Of a stretch of DNA of 64,000 nucleotides, positions 1 through 10,540 are shown one piece after another; position 1 is the stretch's first letter; each line of letters begins with the position of its first letter. The translations under genes and the position numbers were made by a program. The notes beneath the pieces were generated by a model. It saw only the letters and a list, made by a program, of their open reading frames with translations, ran no database searches and was not told where the DNA came from. Where the stretch lies: contig JAHJQN010000007.1 of NCBI GenBank assembly GCA_018819225.1, forward strand, positions 96,001-160,000, read 5' to 3'. Origin of the DNA: Candidatus Micrarchaeota archaeon. GTDB lineage: Archaea > Micrarchaeota > Micrarchaeia > Norongarragalinales > SBBD01.

Positions 1-2
1 TC

Positions 3-2216
3 ACGAACATCTGGCTCCACCCCAAAACCCCGTACGTTCGCGCGAAGGTGGATGGAGAGCTTTGGCTGCTTTCCGAACCCGCTGTACGCAAACTTTCCGA
101 TCAAGGAAAAAAAGTGAAACGGATTGGCCCCCTTGATTTATCCACGCTCTTCGGAAAAACATGCATCAATCCCGTCACGAACGAGGACGTCTTGATCCTT
201 CCCGCTTCCTTTGTTTCCAGTGAGAATGCGACCGGGGTTGTGATGAGCGTGCCCGGCCACGCACCCTTCGACTACGTGGCGCTCCGTGATCTAAAACGAA
301 AAATTGAAAAATCAACCACGAACTCCTTGGCGCTCGAAGGAATCGAATTTCCTCGCACCATTCTGAAACAAATTCTCGAAATCCACCCGTTGGGTCTCAT
401 TTCCGTTAAAGGGTACGGAGAATTTCCCGCGAAAGACGCGGTTGAAAAACTCAAAATTTATTCGCAGGATGAACGGATTAAGCTGGACAAGGCCACTTCC
501 GAGGTCTACAAACACGAATTTCATCAAGGTCAACTGTCCAAGCGCTGCGGAAAATATGCGGGATTAACGGTTTCCTCTTGCAAAGAAGAACTCGTTGCGG
601 ATTTCAAGGGCAGACAACTCGCGTCCAACATCTGGGAGATTACCGACGAGGTCATATGTCGCTGCACCACGAAATGTCACGTTAAAATTCTGGAAAACCA
701 GTGGTTTCTCAAGTTTTCCGATGCGGATTGGAAGCAACAAGTGCACTCGCATTTGAAGCACATGCGTATTTTTCCCGAGGATGCCCGCATCCAGTTTACG
801 AATACGATTGACTGGCTTCAGAATAAAGCATGCGCGCGAAAAAGCGGATTAGGCACAAAACTTCCTTGGGATAACCAATGGATCGTGGAAACGCTAAGCG
901 ACTCCACGATTTACATGGCCTACTATACTCTTTCCCGCATCGTCAACGAACACCACTTAACCGCTGAACACTTTACCGATGAGGTATTCGATCACATATT
1001 CCTCGCCAAAAACACGCCGCAAGAGGCGCTCAAGAACTCAACACTTTCGCCCAAACTATTGGAAGAGCTCCGCAAGGAATTCGAGTACTTTTATCCCGTG
1101 GATGTACGCAGCAGCGGAAAAGATCTCTTACAAAACCACTTGACGTTCTTCCTCTTCCATCACGCGGCACTTTTCGATAGCCGACACTGGCCGCAAGGCA
1201 TTGCAGTTAATGGCTACGTCACCGTCGAAGGAGAAAAAATGAGTAAGAGCAAAGGCAATTTCATTCCCCTTCGAAATCTCTTGAACGAATACGGAACGGA
1301 TTTGACGCGTATCAATATGGTTGCTGCGGGCGAAGGATTGGATGACGCGGACTGGAAAACCGAAACCATAGCGCCCTTCCGCCGCCTCCTTGAATTCCTC
1401 TATTCCACCATTCAACATCCGCCGACCGGAGGCGATGGATACGGTCGCGAGGAAGAACTCCTTGAAAGCCGCTTGAATCGATGCAAGCGTGACTCCATGG
1501 AAGCGTACGATCGCTTTGAGTTCCGCACGGCATCTCAATGCGTCTTCTTCGAATCCTGCCATGCTCTACGGGCTTACTTGCGCCTTTCCTCTAAGGTAAA
1601 CGTCGGTCTGATGCGTCGCTCGTTAGAAGACATTGTGCGCATGATCGCTCCTCTCACTCCGCATATGGCTGAAGAGCTTTGGAGTATGCTCCAACACGAA
1701 GACTTCGCGGCATGCGCTTCCTATCCCTCGTTTAATAATGAAAAGATTCGCGAGGATCTCGAACAAGAAGAGAAAGTATTAACGGATGTCGCTTCCGATG
1801 TGGCTCGCATTCTCAAGCTCGCTAAAGTCAAGAAACCCCGGCTCGTTCGCTTGTTCACTGCTCCTCCGTGGAAACGTCGCTTGCTTCAAACGGCCATCAA
1901 TCGCGCGAAAGAAACGGGGTATTTTGATTACGCTTCTGTGTTGGCGGTCGCATTAAAAGACGAGGAACTCAAGCAACGCGTGCCGGAAGTGCAGGCTTAT
2001 ATCAAAACCCTTGCTAAGGCGGTCAACTATTACAAAACAAATCCCTTGCCAGAACTCGATGAAAGCCAATTGCTCGCGCAACAGAAAGACGTTCTGGAAC
2101 GCCTCCTTTCCTGCCCGGTTGAAGTCTGGGCAGCTGAAAACGTTCCCGCGGACAAGGATAAGGATGGTAAAGCCCGGCGCGCTTCTCCCTTCAAGCCCGC
2201 GATTTACGTGGAATGA
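3..2216 (+). CDS. leuS: Leucyl-tRNA synthetase, archaeal type (5' truncated by the window edge)
   Basis: KMSKS motif, GKDLLQNHLTF, editing-domain motif ATGVVMSVPGHAPFD, C-terminal PFKPAIYVE; the frame is open back to position 3. Confidence 0.95.
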   Translation, partial: TNIWLHPKTPYVRAKVDGELWLLSEPAVRKLSDQGKKVKRIGPLDLSTLFGKTCINPVTNEDVLILPASFVSSENATGVVMSVPGHAPFDYVALRDLKRKIEKSTTNSLALEGIEFPRTILKQILEIHPLGLISVKGYGEFPAKDAVEKLKIYSQDERIKLDKATSEVYKHEFHQGQLSKRCGKYAGLTVSSCKEELVADFKGRQLASNIWEITDEVICRCTTKCHVKILENQWFLKFSDADWKQQVHSHLKHMRIFPEDARIQFTNTIDWLQNKACARKSGLGTKLPWDNQWIVETLSDSTIYMAYYTLSRIVNEHHLTAEHFTDEVFDHIFLAKNTPQEALKNSTLSPKLLEELRKEFEYFYPVDVRSSGKDLLQNHLTFFLFHHAALFDSRHWPQGIAVNGYVTVEGEKMSKSKGNFIPLRNLLNEYGTDLTRINMVAAGEGLDDADWKTETIAPFRRLLEFLYSTIQHPPTGGDGYGREEELLESRLNRCKRDSMEAYDRFEFRTASQCVFFESCHALRAYLRLSSKVNVGLMRRSLEDIVRMIAPLTPHMAEELWSMLQHEDFAACASYPSFNNEKIREDLEQEEKVLTDVASDVARILKLAKVKKPRLVRLFTAPPWKRRLLQTAINRAKETGYFDYASVLAVALKDEELKQRVPEVQAYIKTLAKAVNYYKTNPLPELDESQLLAQQKDVLERLLSCPVEVWAAENVPADKDKDGKARRASPFKPAIYVE

Positions 2217-2385
2217 CGTTCTATCTCGTCAATAGGTGTCCGATAGATTTATCTATTCGACTCGCATTACCTTTACTATTTTTTTGAAATATTTTTACTC
2301 CATAAACAATCGGTGTTATAAGACGCGTCAATAGGGGATGTCCGGTTCTCATTTTATGCCAGCGCGTTAAGGAGGTAGATGCAGG

Positions 2386-3597
2386 TTGCGAGTTGCGATG
2401 CTAGGCTGGGAGTTTCCTCCGTTCATTAGTGGGGGCCTAGGCGTCCACTGTTTCGAACTGACGCGAGCACTCGCTGAATCGGGCGTTCACATCGATTTTT
2501 TCATGCCTCAAATGAGTCATCGAATCACCGCACTTTCCTCTGGAATTCGAATCATTCCCGTTCCCCGTTCGATCGTCTCTCAACGGGTTCCCGGGCCGTA
2601 CGGTATGGTGTACGTTCAAACAGCTGCCCGTGGAACGTTTACTGACGCGGTATACGGGTCCGATTTTTTTGGAGCAGTATACGCATATAATCAAGCATGC
2701 GTCCAGCGCGTTATGGAGGAACACGCGCGTTCTCCTTACGATCTCATTCACGCTCACGACTGGATCACGTCCACCGCTGCTTTACGGGTCAAGACCCAGT
2801 CCGGCGTCCCCCTCGTAGCCACGATTCACAGCACGGAGCAGGACCGCACGGCTGGTTTGGGGGCGAATACCTGGATTGAAGCGCAGGAATCCGCGCTGGT
2901 TCGTGGAGCAGACGCCGTTATCACCGTCAGCAAACGCTCGAAGGCGTTGCTCGTCCAAGCGTTCGGAGTTTCCCCTGATCGCGTATTCGCCATATACAAC
3001 GGAGTCGATGCTCGCCGGTTTTCACGTTCGTTGCCGATTTTCCGAAATCCAGACGAACACATCGTGTTGTTTCACGGTCGTCTGAGCGTTCAAAAAGGGC
3101 CGTTGTTTTTCATTCGCGCCGCCAAACGAGTGATTGAACACATGCCTAACGTCCGGTTCGTCATCTCCGGCACCGGCGACTTATTGCCGGAACTCGTTTC
3201 GGAAGCACTTCAATTGGGCATTACGGACCGCATCACATTTGCCGGTTACGTTCCCGACGAGTTTCTTCCCGCATTATACGCATCCGCCGACGTATTCGTT
3301 CTTCCTTCAGTCTCCGAACCGTTCGGTATTACGACGCTGGAAGCCATGTCTGCTGGCACGCCCGCTATCATTTCGCGTTCCACGGGTGTCGGCGAAGCCC
3401 TCCACTATTGTTTATCCGCGGATTTCTGGGACACGGAGGCATTCGCGAACAAGATTTTGGGCGTGCTCTCTTATGCGCCCCTTCACAATCTGCTTCGGGA
3501 AGGCTCCCGTCAGGAAGCATCGACATTTACTTGGAAACTGGCCGCAGAGCAAACGATTCACGTTTACGAACATGCGTTAAAGAGGCGTCTAACATGA
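2386..3597 (+). CDS. GT4 glycosyltransferase (glycogen synthase-like)
   Basis: MRVAMLGWEFPP..GGLG, HAHDW, EPFGITTLEAM; GGAGG at 2371. Confidence 0.9.
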   Translation: MRVAMLGWEFPPFISGGLGVHCFELTRALAESGVHIDFFMPQMSHRITALSSGIRIIPVPRSIVSQRVPGPYGMVYVQTAARGTFTDAVYGSDFFGAVYAYNQACVQRVMEEHARSPYDLIHAHDWITSTAALRVKTQSGVPLVATIHSTEQDRTAGLGANTWIEAQESALVRGADAVITVSKRSKALLVQAFGVSPDRVFAIYNGVDARRFSRSLPIFRNPDEHIVLFHGRLSVQKGPLFFIRAAKRVIEHMPNVRFVISGTGDLLPELVSEALQLGITDRITFAGYVPDEFLPALYASADVFVLPSVSEPFGITTLEAMSAGTPAIISRSTGVGEALHYCLSADFWDTEAFANKILGVLSYAPLHNLLREGSRQEASTFTWKLAAEQTIHVYEHALKRRLT

Positions 3598-4832
3598 CGT
3601 CGGTTTGCCTTTATTTCCACGTTCACCAGCCACGCCGCACGCGACCGTTCACTTTCTTCTCCATCGGACCCCAGTCCGAGCAGGACCTCGGGCAATATTT
3701 CGACGATACCTTGAATCGCCATTATTTTGAGAAAGCGACGCGACAATGTTATTTACCCGCGAACGCCATCCTCCTCAACCTGTTGGAAAGCCATCCTGAA
3801 TTCAAAATAAGCTTCAGCATTACGGGCACGTTTCTTGACCAATGCCGCCGTTTTTCCCCCGACGTATTCGAGTCGTTCCAGCAACTGGTTTCCACGGGAC
3901 GCGTCGACGTACTAGGCGAAACCCATTATCATTCCCTGGCCAGCCTATACGCTTCCCCCGAAGAATTCTTCCGCCAAGTCCGGCTTCACGAATACGCGCT
4001 CAAGGACGCATTCGGAAAAACGCCGCGCGTGTTCCGCAATACGGAAGTCATTTACAACAACCGCATATCCTTCCTAGCGGAAAGCCGCGGCTATCGCGCG
4101 ATTCTCGCCGAAGGCATCGAACGCGTTCTCGGAAACCGTTCGCCCAATTACGTCTATTCGCCTCCCCAACCCGCCCGAATCAAATTGTTCTTACGCAATT
4201 ACCGTCTCTCCGACGATATCGGCTACCGATTTGCATCTCGAAGTTGGAATGAATGGCCGTTGACCGCAGAAAAATACGCTTCGTGGCTCTCCCAATCCGT
4301 TGGAGACACGCTCAATCTATTTATGGACTATGAAACGTTCGGGGAACATCATTGGAAGGATTCCGGAATCCTCTCTTTCCTACAACACTTGCCTCCCGCT
4401 ATATTGCAACACCCTCACATGCAATTCGCGACGTGCAGCGACGTCGCACGTCTTCCTTCCAAGGGGGAAATCGATTGTCATGACGCGATCTCTTGGGCCG
4501 ACCTCGAGCGCGATACGTCGGCGTGGCTCGGGAACCCGCTTCAACAGGCCTGCTTCCACGAACTCGAATCGTTAGCCCCCCACGTTTCCCGCTTGCACAA
4601 TCCGGCCGTGGAAAACGCGTACGGTCTTCTGCAGACTTCCGACCATTTGTACTATCTTTGCACGAAGAGCTGGGCCGACGGAGACGTCCATAAGTATTTT
4701 TCTCCTTACAAAGACGCCACTCCCTTCGACAACTTTATTTCTTACATGAATACGATTCAACACTTTAAGCGGTTCGTGAACCGACTGAACTCCAACGGTC
4801 CCGTTCCCGAATCGAATCCGTTATCCGGGTGA
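3594..4832 (+). CDS. GH57 glycoside hydrolase (alpha-amylase-like)
   Basis: HVHQP, ETHYHSL, FRNTE, DYETFGEH, LQTSDH motifs; ATG at 3594 overlaps the upstream stop. Confidence 0.92.
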   Translation: MTSVCLYFHVHQPRRTRPFTFFSIGPQSEQDLGQYFDDTLNRHYFEKATRQCYLPANAILLNLLESHPEFKISFSITGTFLDQCRRFSPDVFESFQQLVSTGRVDVLGETHYHSLASLYASPEEFFRQVRLHEYALKDAFGKTPRVFRNTEVIYNNRISFLAESRGYRAILAEGIERVLGNRSPNYVYSPPQPARIKLFLRNYRLSDDIGYRFASRSWNEWPLTAEKYASWLSQSVGDTLNLFMDYETFGEHHWKDSGILSFLQHLPPAILQHPHMQFATCSDVARLPSKGEIDCHDAISWADLERDTSAWLGNPLQQACFHELESLAPHVSRLHNPAVENAYGLLQTSDHLYYLCTKSWADGDVHKYFSPYKDATPFDNFISYMNTIQHFKRFVNRLNSNGPVPESNPLSG

Positions 4833-4841
4833 AACCATACC

Positions 4842-6380
4842 ATGAACCGCGTATTATTTGCCGTTACCGAACTCCAGAAACCCGTCGGAGGACTCCATCG
4901 GTTTACGACGGAGTTGATTCCGGAATGGAGTGCTGCCTTGAAAGACGGAAAAACATTGTACGCTCCACTCCCGGTTTCCATGAAACTCCCAAGCGTTCCT
5001 AATGACGATCTCGTTCTTAGCAAGGAGTTTGCGGACTTCAATGCCCAGCAGCCGCACGTCAAAGTGTTTGAAGGCACGCGAGCTGGCACAACCGCCTATT
5101 TTCTCGAATCGAAATTTCCTCAAACGGATATGGATGCGTTTTACCGTATGCTTTGGGACGAATTCCGCATTCCCTCCCATCAGTCTTCTCACGACTCGTT
5201 TTATGCCGACCTAGCCCAATACTGGAAGGCGCTTCCGTTGTTCGCAGAGCATGCCATCCGCAGAAAAAAGTGGCGCATTGCCTTGTTTGACGCGCAAGAC
5301 TGGCTTGCCTTTCCCGCAGGCTTTTTATGCCGAAAACATTTGGGGATCCCTCTGCACTGCCGTTTTCATTCCGGCGAATTCGGGCGCTCGTTAGGCCAAC
5401 CGGACCTGCAAGCCGCCCCAGTATGGATCGAGGCCGTCGCGCTTCAAGAAGCGGACGCGATCTCCGGCGTATCTGCAAGGGAAGCGCAGTTCGAGATCTA
5501 CCGGTTGTTACCCTATAAACGAAAACTCCGTGCCATGCTTTCCGAATCCCGCGGACACGTTTGGACGCGCAAACAAGAAGATAAAGAAGAGGCCTACGAA
5601 TATTTCCTCTTATTCGAATCCGAGGATGGCATGACCATTCTTACCCAACACGTGCTCGGCATCCCAAACGGCATTCTCCTCGATGATTGGAAAAAAGTGC
5701 CTGCACGCGACATTCAGTCCGGGAAATCATTATACCGAAAACTTCTTCCGAATGCCGCTCACTATGTTTTCTTCATTGGCCGAGCGGACTGGCGCAAGGG
5801 AATCGATGCCTTGCTTCGCGCCATCTCATTCCTTAACCGGGAAGACATTCATGCCGGACTCATGGTTTCCAGCCGCATGGATCCCGAAACGCGCGCCAAT
5901 TATTCGCGCCTCGCGCATTCCCTCGGTATCACGGATCGCGTCTGCTTCTACAACGAATGGTTGTCGGAGCCCCAGAAGAAATCCTTGTTCTGTGCCGCCG
6001 ATGTGATTGCGCTCCCTTCCCTATACGAGCCGTTCGGACTCGTCACGCTGGAAGGCCTGGCCGCGGATTTGGCGTGTGAAAAAAATAAGGTTCGCGGTCC
6101 CGTGGTCGTCACCAGCGATACCGGCGGCATGTCCGGAATCATTCGGAACGGCGTGAACGGTTTCAAGGTTCCCGTAGAGGAAGACCGTTTCGACCTGCAA
6201 CCCGAGCTCCTATCCAAGATTCTCAAGCTTTCTTTGTCCGACAAACGCTTGAAAGCCCGCATGTCCAAAGGCGGCGCGGCCCGCGTGCAAAACCCTTGTT
6301 TCAGCTGGAAGCACATCGTTCCCCTCATTTTTTCGGCGTACGACCACGCTGTTGAAAACCACGCGCTTGAAAACCGGTGA
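4842..6380 (+). CDS. GT4 glycosyltransferase
   Basis: VGGLH N-terminal motif, GRADWRKGID, PSLYEPFGLVTLEG. Confidence 0.85.
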   Translation: MNRVLFAVTELQKPVGGLHRFTTELIPEWSAALKDGKTLYAPLPVSMKLPSVPNDDLVLSKEFADFNAQQPHVKVFEGTRAGTTAYFLESKFPQTDMDAFYRMLWDEFRIPSHQSSHDSFYADLAQYWKALPLFAEHAIRRKKWRIALFDAQDWLAFPAGFLCRKHLGIPLHCRFHSGEFGRSLGQPDLQAAPVWIEAVALQEADAISGVSAREAQFEIYRLLPYKRKLRAMLSESRGHVWTRKQEDKEEAYEYFLLFESEDGMTILTQHVLGIPNGILLDDWKKVPARDIQSGKSLYRKLLPNAAHYVFFIGRADWRKGIDALLRAISFLNREDIHAGLMVSSRMDPETRANYSRLAHSLGITDRVCFYNEWLSEPQKKSLFCAADVIALPSLYEPFGLVTLEGLAADLACEKNKVRGPVVVTSDTGGMSGIIRNGVNGFKVPVEEDRFDLQPELLSKILKLSLSDKRLKARMSKGGAARVQNPCFSWKHIVPLIFSAYDHAVENHALENR

Positions 6381-6447
6381 ACGATGCATGCCCGATTCAT
6401 TAATAATAACGCCTTCGAATTTTATTCGGGGCGAAAGGTGATAAACT

Positions 6448-6660
6448 ATGGTGAATACCGACGAGTATTTCGGTATGAGGGCCGGCACCGTCTGGCAAGC
6501 GTTGTGTGAGGAAGGCCCCATGACCGCGGCGCAACTGAAGCGCAAAACGAAGCTCAACGACAAGGAGCTTTTTTCAGGCGTAAGCTGGCTGGCATGCGAA
6601 CGAAAAGTCAACGTAGAGGGCGAAACGCCTTCCGAGTTCGTCATCAGCCTCAGGGAGTGA
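6448..6660 (+). CDS. Small winged-helix protein (DUF2582-like)
   Basis: G..AGTVWQAL...GVSWLACERKV pattern; GGTGA RBS upstream. Confidence 0.75.
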   Translation: MVNTDEYFGMRAGTVWQALCEEGPMTAAQLKRKTKLNDKELFSGVSWLACERKVNVEGETPSEFVISLRE

Positions 6661-6661
6661 A

Positions 6662-8677
6662 GTGCCGCTACATCAGTTAGCGAAAACGGTTTCGGGTTCC
6701 GAAAACCCGCACTGGGCCTTTATTTCCCGCGTCCTGTTGCGACGGGCTACGGCCGAGTTCAGCCAAAGCACTCATTCCGTTCAATGGAACGGATTCGTTT
6801 CTCCAAACCGAGATTACCCGTACGAAGGGTTTTCCGCTGTTTTCGGGAACGAAAACTGGAAGTTCTTGGATGCGCTCGGCCTAGCTTGTACTTGCCCGGA
6901 GACCCGTTTGACTCCCCTCCAAGTCACCGCTTTCCCGTGGAAAGTCACTTACCAATACGCCATCCATCCTTCTCGCAATACCACGCTGTCTGTAGAATAC
7001 TATTTGCTTAAGTCCAACCCATTCCCTTGCTTGCACGTTCGAATTCAACTATCCCCGGAATCGCTTCCAGAAAATCGCTTGCTTATTGCGCCTCTTCTCG
7101 ACATGCGTCCCTCCGACCAATCCGCTTTTCCATACCAATACGCCGTTTCGAACGGATCCGACCAAGTCATCATGAAAAACGTGTTTTCGCATTACTCGTT
7201 GTTAATGACGTCCCGCGGTTTGAAGAAAACAAACGAGGGGTTTTCAATGCCTTGGCAATACAAACTCGGCAGCGGCGAACGCGAGGGATCGTCGGGTTTT
7301 CCCAAGGCGTTGTCCGAGACCCGTTCGCTCTATTGTCCCGGCGTCTATTCCGTTCCTTTGAACCGCGAAACCGTTCTCCAATTCACGGCGTACCCGAGCA
7401 ATACGCCTCCTGCCCATTATTCGAGTGACGAAACCCGGGAACTCAAACAACTCGCATCTCTTATCCGTCGTCTCCGTCCCACACTGAAAAAAGCGGAGGT
7501 TCGGTGGGGTAAAGGTACTGCAGACGCCCTTGCCATCCGTTCCCTTGTTTTTCTTGACAAGTTTTCCTTCCGTTCCCCTTTCGGCGCCAAGGATGCCGGT
7601 GCGTATTGGTTCCGACAACCATGGACGCGCGACCTATTCGAAAGCACTTACATCAACTACGATGCCATTGCTTCCACAAAACCGGATTGGATGACTCGCT
7701 TGATTTCTTCGACGTGGTCCATGCAAAACAACGGGTTCCTTCCCCGTCTGCTCAATGATCCTGATTCCGGTCAAAGCGTTGACGGCACGTTGTATGCTCT
7801 GCTAACCTCCCACCGGTTCCAATCCGCGAATCAATCTCCAGCGTTCCGGGAACGCCTACTTCAAGCTGGCCATTCATTTATCGAAGCCGTCGCACGCCAA
7901 GGCATGCTCGACCCTCATTTTTCCCTCCTCAAAACGCCCGCGGATGCCTCATGGATCGACTCCCGCATTCCTTACCCCCATTCACCTGTTCCCATCATGG
8001 CTCCGTCCCGTCTTCCTGCCGAATGGGCGAACGCCCTCCTTACATCGTCAACTAATCCATCGGCCGCAATCCAAGAACCCCGTTATTACTTAGCGGAAGT
8101 CAACGCGTTATGGGTCGAATTTTTACGCGCACGCCATTCCTTGAAACCCAGCGAGGCGACGACGACATTGAAAAGTAACGCCGCCTTCCAATTCAAGCAC
8201 GTGTTTTTCGGCGAAGTTCCGTGCGGTATGGCCCGCGACGATCTCGTTCTATCCGATGAGGAAGTGGCGACGTGGATTCAGGCGGCGGCCCTTGCGCCCT
8301 CCTCTTTTACGGATCTTGAAGCCCGCGAGCTACTCGACCGCGCCGACCCGTATCTCGTCCGTCGGAACCATCAATTGTTCGGCGTCCTCGTAAAAAAAGG
8401 TCCGCGCACTCCCTTCTTCGACGACCGTCAATATCACGGCGCCGTTGCCTGGCCGAAAACGAATCCCTATCTCTATTCCCTGCTGATGCGAGCAGGAAAA
8501 ACGCGGGAAGCGGAATCTCTTTTGTTGTCCGTTCTCGATCACCAGCAGAATGAAGGCGCTTTGTTCTACACGCACGAACTCTTTTCCCCCGAAGCCCAAC
8601 CCGTTCCCGTCAAGAATCCCGCGCAACTCTTTTCCCAGTACGTTCAGCCCTACTATGATTTTCTTCAACGCGTCTAG
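6662..8677 (+). CDS. Amylo-alpha-1,6-glucosidase / glycogen debranching enzyme-like protein
   Basis: AGAYWF..WTRD, SVDGTL, SWID, EVNALW, YHGAVAWP motifs; context with GH57 and GT4 genes. Confidence 0.75.
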   Translation: MPLHQLAKTVSGSENPHWAFISRVLLRRATAEFSQSTHSVQWNGFVSPNRDYPYEGFSAVFGNENWKFLDALGLACTCPETRLTPLQVTAFPWKVTYQYAIHPSRNTTLSVEYYLLKSNPFPCLHVRIQLSPESLPENRLLIAPLLDMRPSDQSAFPYQYAVSNGSDQVIMKNVFSHYSLLMTSRGLKKTNEGFSMPWQYKLGSGEREGSSGFPKALSETRSLYCPGVYSVPLNRETVLQFTAYPSNTPPAHYSSDETRELKQLASLIRRLRPTLKKAEVRWGKGTADALAIRSLVFLDKFSFRSPFGAKDAGAYWFRQPWTRDLFESTYINYDAIASTKPDWMTRLISSTWSMQNNGFLPRLLNDPDSGQSVDGTLYALLTSHRFQSANQSPAFRERLLQAGHSFIEAVARQGMLDPHFSLLKTPADASWIDSRIPYPHSPVPIMAPSRLPAEWANALLTSSTNPSAAIQEPRYYLAEVNALWVEFLRARHSLKPSEATTTLKSNAAFQFKHVFFGEVPCGMARDDLVLSDEEVATWIQAAALAPSSFTDLEARELLDRADPYLVRRNHQLFGVLVKKGPRTPFFDDRQYHGAVAWPKTNPYLYSLLMRAGKTREAESLLLSVLDHQQNEGALFYTHELFSPEAQPVPVKNPAQLFSQYVQPYYDFLQRV

Positions 8678-9345
8678 AAGAATTCGCTCAGTTTCACTTC
8701 CGTTAACTTGAGGCGCTTCACCGTATCCCATTCCCAACGAATGTGCTTCTTCAAACGCTTGTCTCCCCCATGCTTTTTCAAGAACGAAATCGTGCGGCCA
8801 TCCGACGGATAACCGCTCCCCATTTCCTCTCCAAACATTTCCTGCAGCTCCAACACGCGCTTTTCTCTCTGGCTCTTCGCCAGAATGGACGCCGCGCCCG
8901 CCACCACGTACTTCACATCCGCCTTATTCTCGCTCACAATCTCTACGCCCTTCAACTTGAACGACAAATGTTTTCGAATACGGTGCTCGAACTTTTTAGG
9001 AACGGAATCCGGCGAGTCCACGAACACGCGTTCCACCTCCTGTTTTTTATACAGCTTCTCCAACGCCTCCGCCACTTTAATTGCTTCCACGTCGTTCAAG
9101 CTCGTCTTATTCCGCATGAACCGCGTGATCTCTTCCGCCGACACCTCCACCAGCACATGCGGATACCCCGCGAGTTTCTCCGCCAACGCTTCCCGCTTGC
9201 TATCCGAAAGCAATTTCGAGTCTTTGACGCCCCAACGCTTCAACTTCTTTTCCTCCGAAGCATGGCACGCGAACACTCCGATGATTAGCGGTCCGATAAC
9301 CGGCCCCCGGCCCGCCTCGTCGACTCCGGCAATCATTCGAATCAT
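8674..9345 (-). CDS. rnhB: Ribonuclease HII
   Basis: GVDEAGRGPVIGPL, VKDSK, GSGYPSD, PIP-box-like tail KLSEFF. Confidence 0.96.
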   Translation of the reverse strand: MIRMIAGVDEAGRGPVIGPLIIGVFACHASEEKKLKRWGVKDSKLLSDSKREALAEKLAGYPHVLVEVSAEEITRFMRNKTSLNDVEAIKVAEALEKLYKKQEVERVFVDSPDSVPKKFEHRIRKHLSFKLKGVEIVSENKADVKYVVAGAASILAKSQREKRVLELQEMFGEEMGSGYPSDGRTISFLKKHGGDKRLKKHIRWEWDTVKRLKLTEVKLSEFF

Positions 9346-9372
9346 ATCGGATTCCTTTAAACCCAGCGTCTT

Positions 9373-9891
9373 TTATCGCTTCCTTCTCGCTTCTAAACGA
9401 ATGTATGCTGCCACTTTCGAAAGATAGTCTCGCGGAGCGTACATGTGGTTGGTTCCAAGATCCATTTTCCTTAAATGATTTCTTCGAACTCCGGAAACAT
9501 TGTGTTGTTCTCGATCGTGTAGGTGCACGAATAGCCGGTTCGGATAATGCCGGTTCATCCACTGCGCCATCCGCAAGTGCACCTTCGCTGCAATGCCTAT
9601 TTTATCAAGGCCTTGAATGCGATCATTCGGAAAATCCGATCCCCCGTCATTGAACGGGTGAAAGTTGCCCCAAATGAGGCGGTCTTTCTTGATTTCGAAA
9701 TGCAGTCGCCCCCAACGCTCTCCTTCCATTTGAAAGTTTGTCAGCACCGTGTGAATTCTCGGCGGTGTAAAAAACATTTTCGCGTTATTGGGGGTTCGGG
9801 TCGTTCTTAACTTGAAATGAGCAAACCTCGAATTCTCCTTTGGTATCGTTAACGGAACGACTTCGGTTCCCAACGGTTTTTCTCTTGCCAT
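9373..9891 (-). CDS. Basic hypothetical protein, possibly a degenerate GNAT fold
   Basis: 172-aa ORF in tandem with its neighbours; KIGIAAKV weakly resembles GNAT motif A. Confidence 0.55.
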   Translation of the reverse strand: MAREKPLGTEVVPLTIPKENSRFAHFKLRTTRTPNNAKMFFTPPRIHTVLTNFQMEGERWGRLHFEIKKDRLIWGNFHPFNDGGSDFPNDRIQGLDKIGIAAKVHLRMAQWMNRHYPNRLFVHLHDREQHNVSGVRRNHLRKMDLGTNHMYAPRDYLSKVAAYIRLEARRKR

Positions 9892-9898
9892 GCCTCTC

Positions 9899-10474
9899 TT
9901 ACTCCGTATGCGAACCGATTACTTTTTTTTCTTTTCGTTGTACGAGGCGTTGGATTCCCCTGATGACCCATCGGTCCAGGCGTCTCTCCTTTTTTTGATG
10001 CGAGGATTCCAACCAATTTCGGATGTTGGTGTCATGCACTCGCGCGACATATGTGATGTCTGGCTTCATATTCATGGATTGTAACCAACGCCGGACTCCC
10101 TTCGAAGAATCGGCTTCGTGATGCAACCCTCTGACTCCAAAATGCGTTTGGCTGAATTCGGACAAGGCAAGAAGTACGCGCGCCTTGAATTCCTTGTTCC
10201 GCAATCGGAGAGGCGCCTGGTATTCCGGCGCAAACACGGCGATGCGGCCGGTTCCCTTATCGGTCACTACCGAAAGTATTCCAAACTCCTTTCCGTTCCC
10301 GCCTTTCAAACGTTTGCTGATTTCCGGAGTTGAAATCCAGTGTTTGCCCGGCGTGTCCGTGATCCGGAGTTTCAGCTCCCGGTACCCCTCGGTTCTTCGT
10401 TCCTTATTCTCATACACTTCAATGCCTAGTCCCCGCTGTTCCTTGGGCATGCGCTTACTATCCTCGTCTGCCAT
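9899..10474 (-). CDS. Basic hypothetical protein
   Basis: Long ORF; GGGAGGTGA RBS precedes the ATG at 10474; start uncertain. Confidence 0.55.
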   Translation of the reverse strand: MADEDSKRMPKEQRGLGIEVYENKERRTEGYRELKLRITDTPGKHWISTPEISKRLKGGNGKEFGILSVVTDKGTGRIAVFAPEYQAPLRLRNKEFKARVLLALSEFSQTHFGVRGLHHEADSSKGVRRWLQSMNMKPDITYVARVHDTNIRNWLESSHQKKERRLDRWVIRGIQRLVQRKEKKVIGSHTE

Positions 10475-10501
10475 TATAGCCTTTTCTGTCACCTCCCCCC
10501 G

Positions 10502-10514
10502 AACCATTTATATT
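10502..10514 (+). promoter_or_regulatory. BRE/TATA promoter of the tRNA-Trp gene
   Basis: AACCATTTATAT about 30 nt upstream of tRNA position 1; similar elements precede many genes in this window. Confidence 0.6.
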
Positions 10515-10540
10515 TCTTCATTGCGCCATTCTGTTGTTCT

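Noticed and set aside
2227-2345. Repeated CGTCAATAGG upstream of the glycogen cluster
   Set aside because: Only two copies about 100 bp apart with no assignable regulator; not enough support
2379-2400. GTTGCGA tandem duplication putting ATG 2379 out of frame (phase variation)
   Set aside because: TTG at 2386 gives the canonical MRVAMLGWEFPP start with good RBS spacing; only two repeat units
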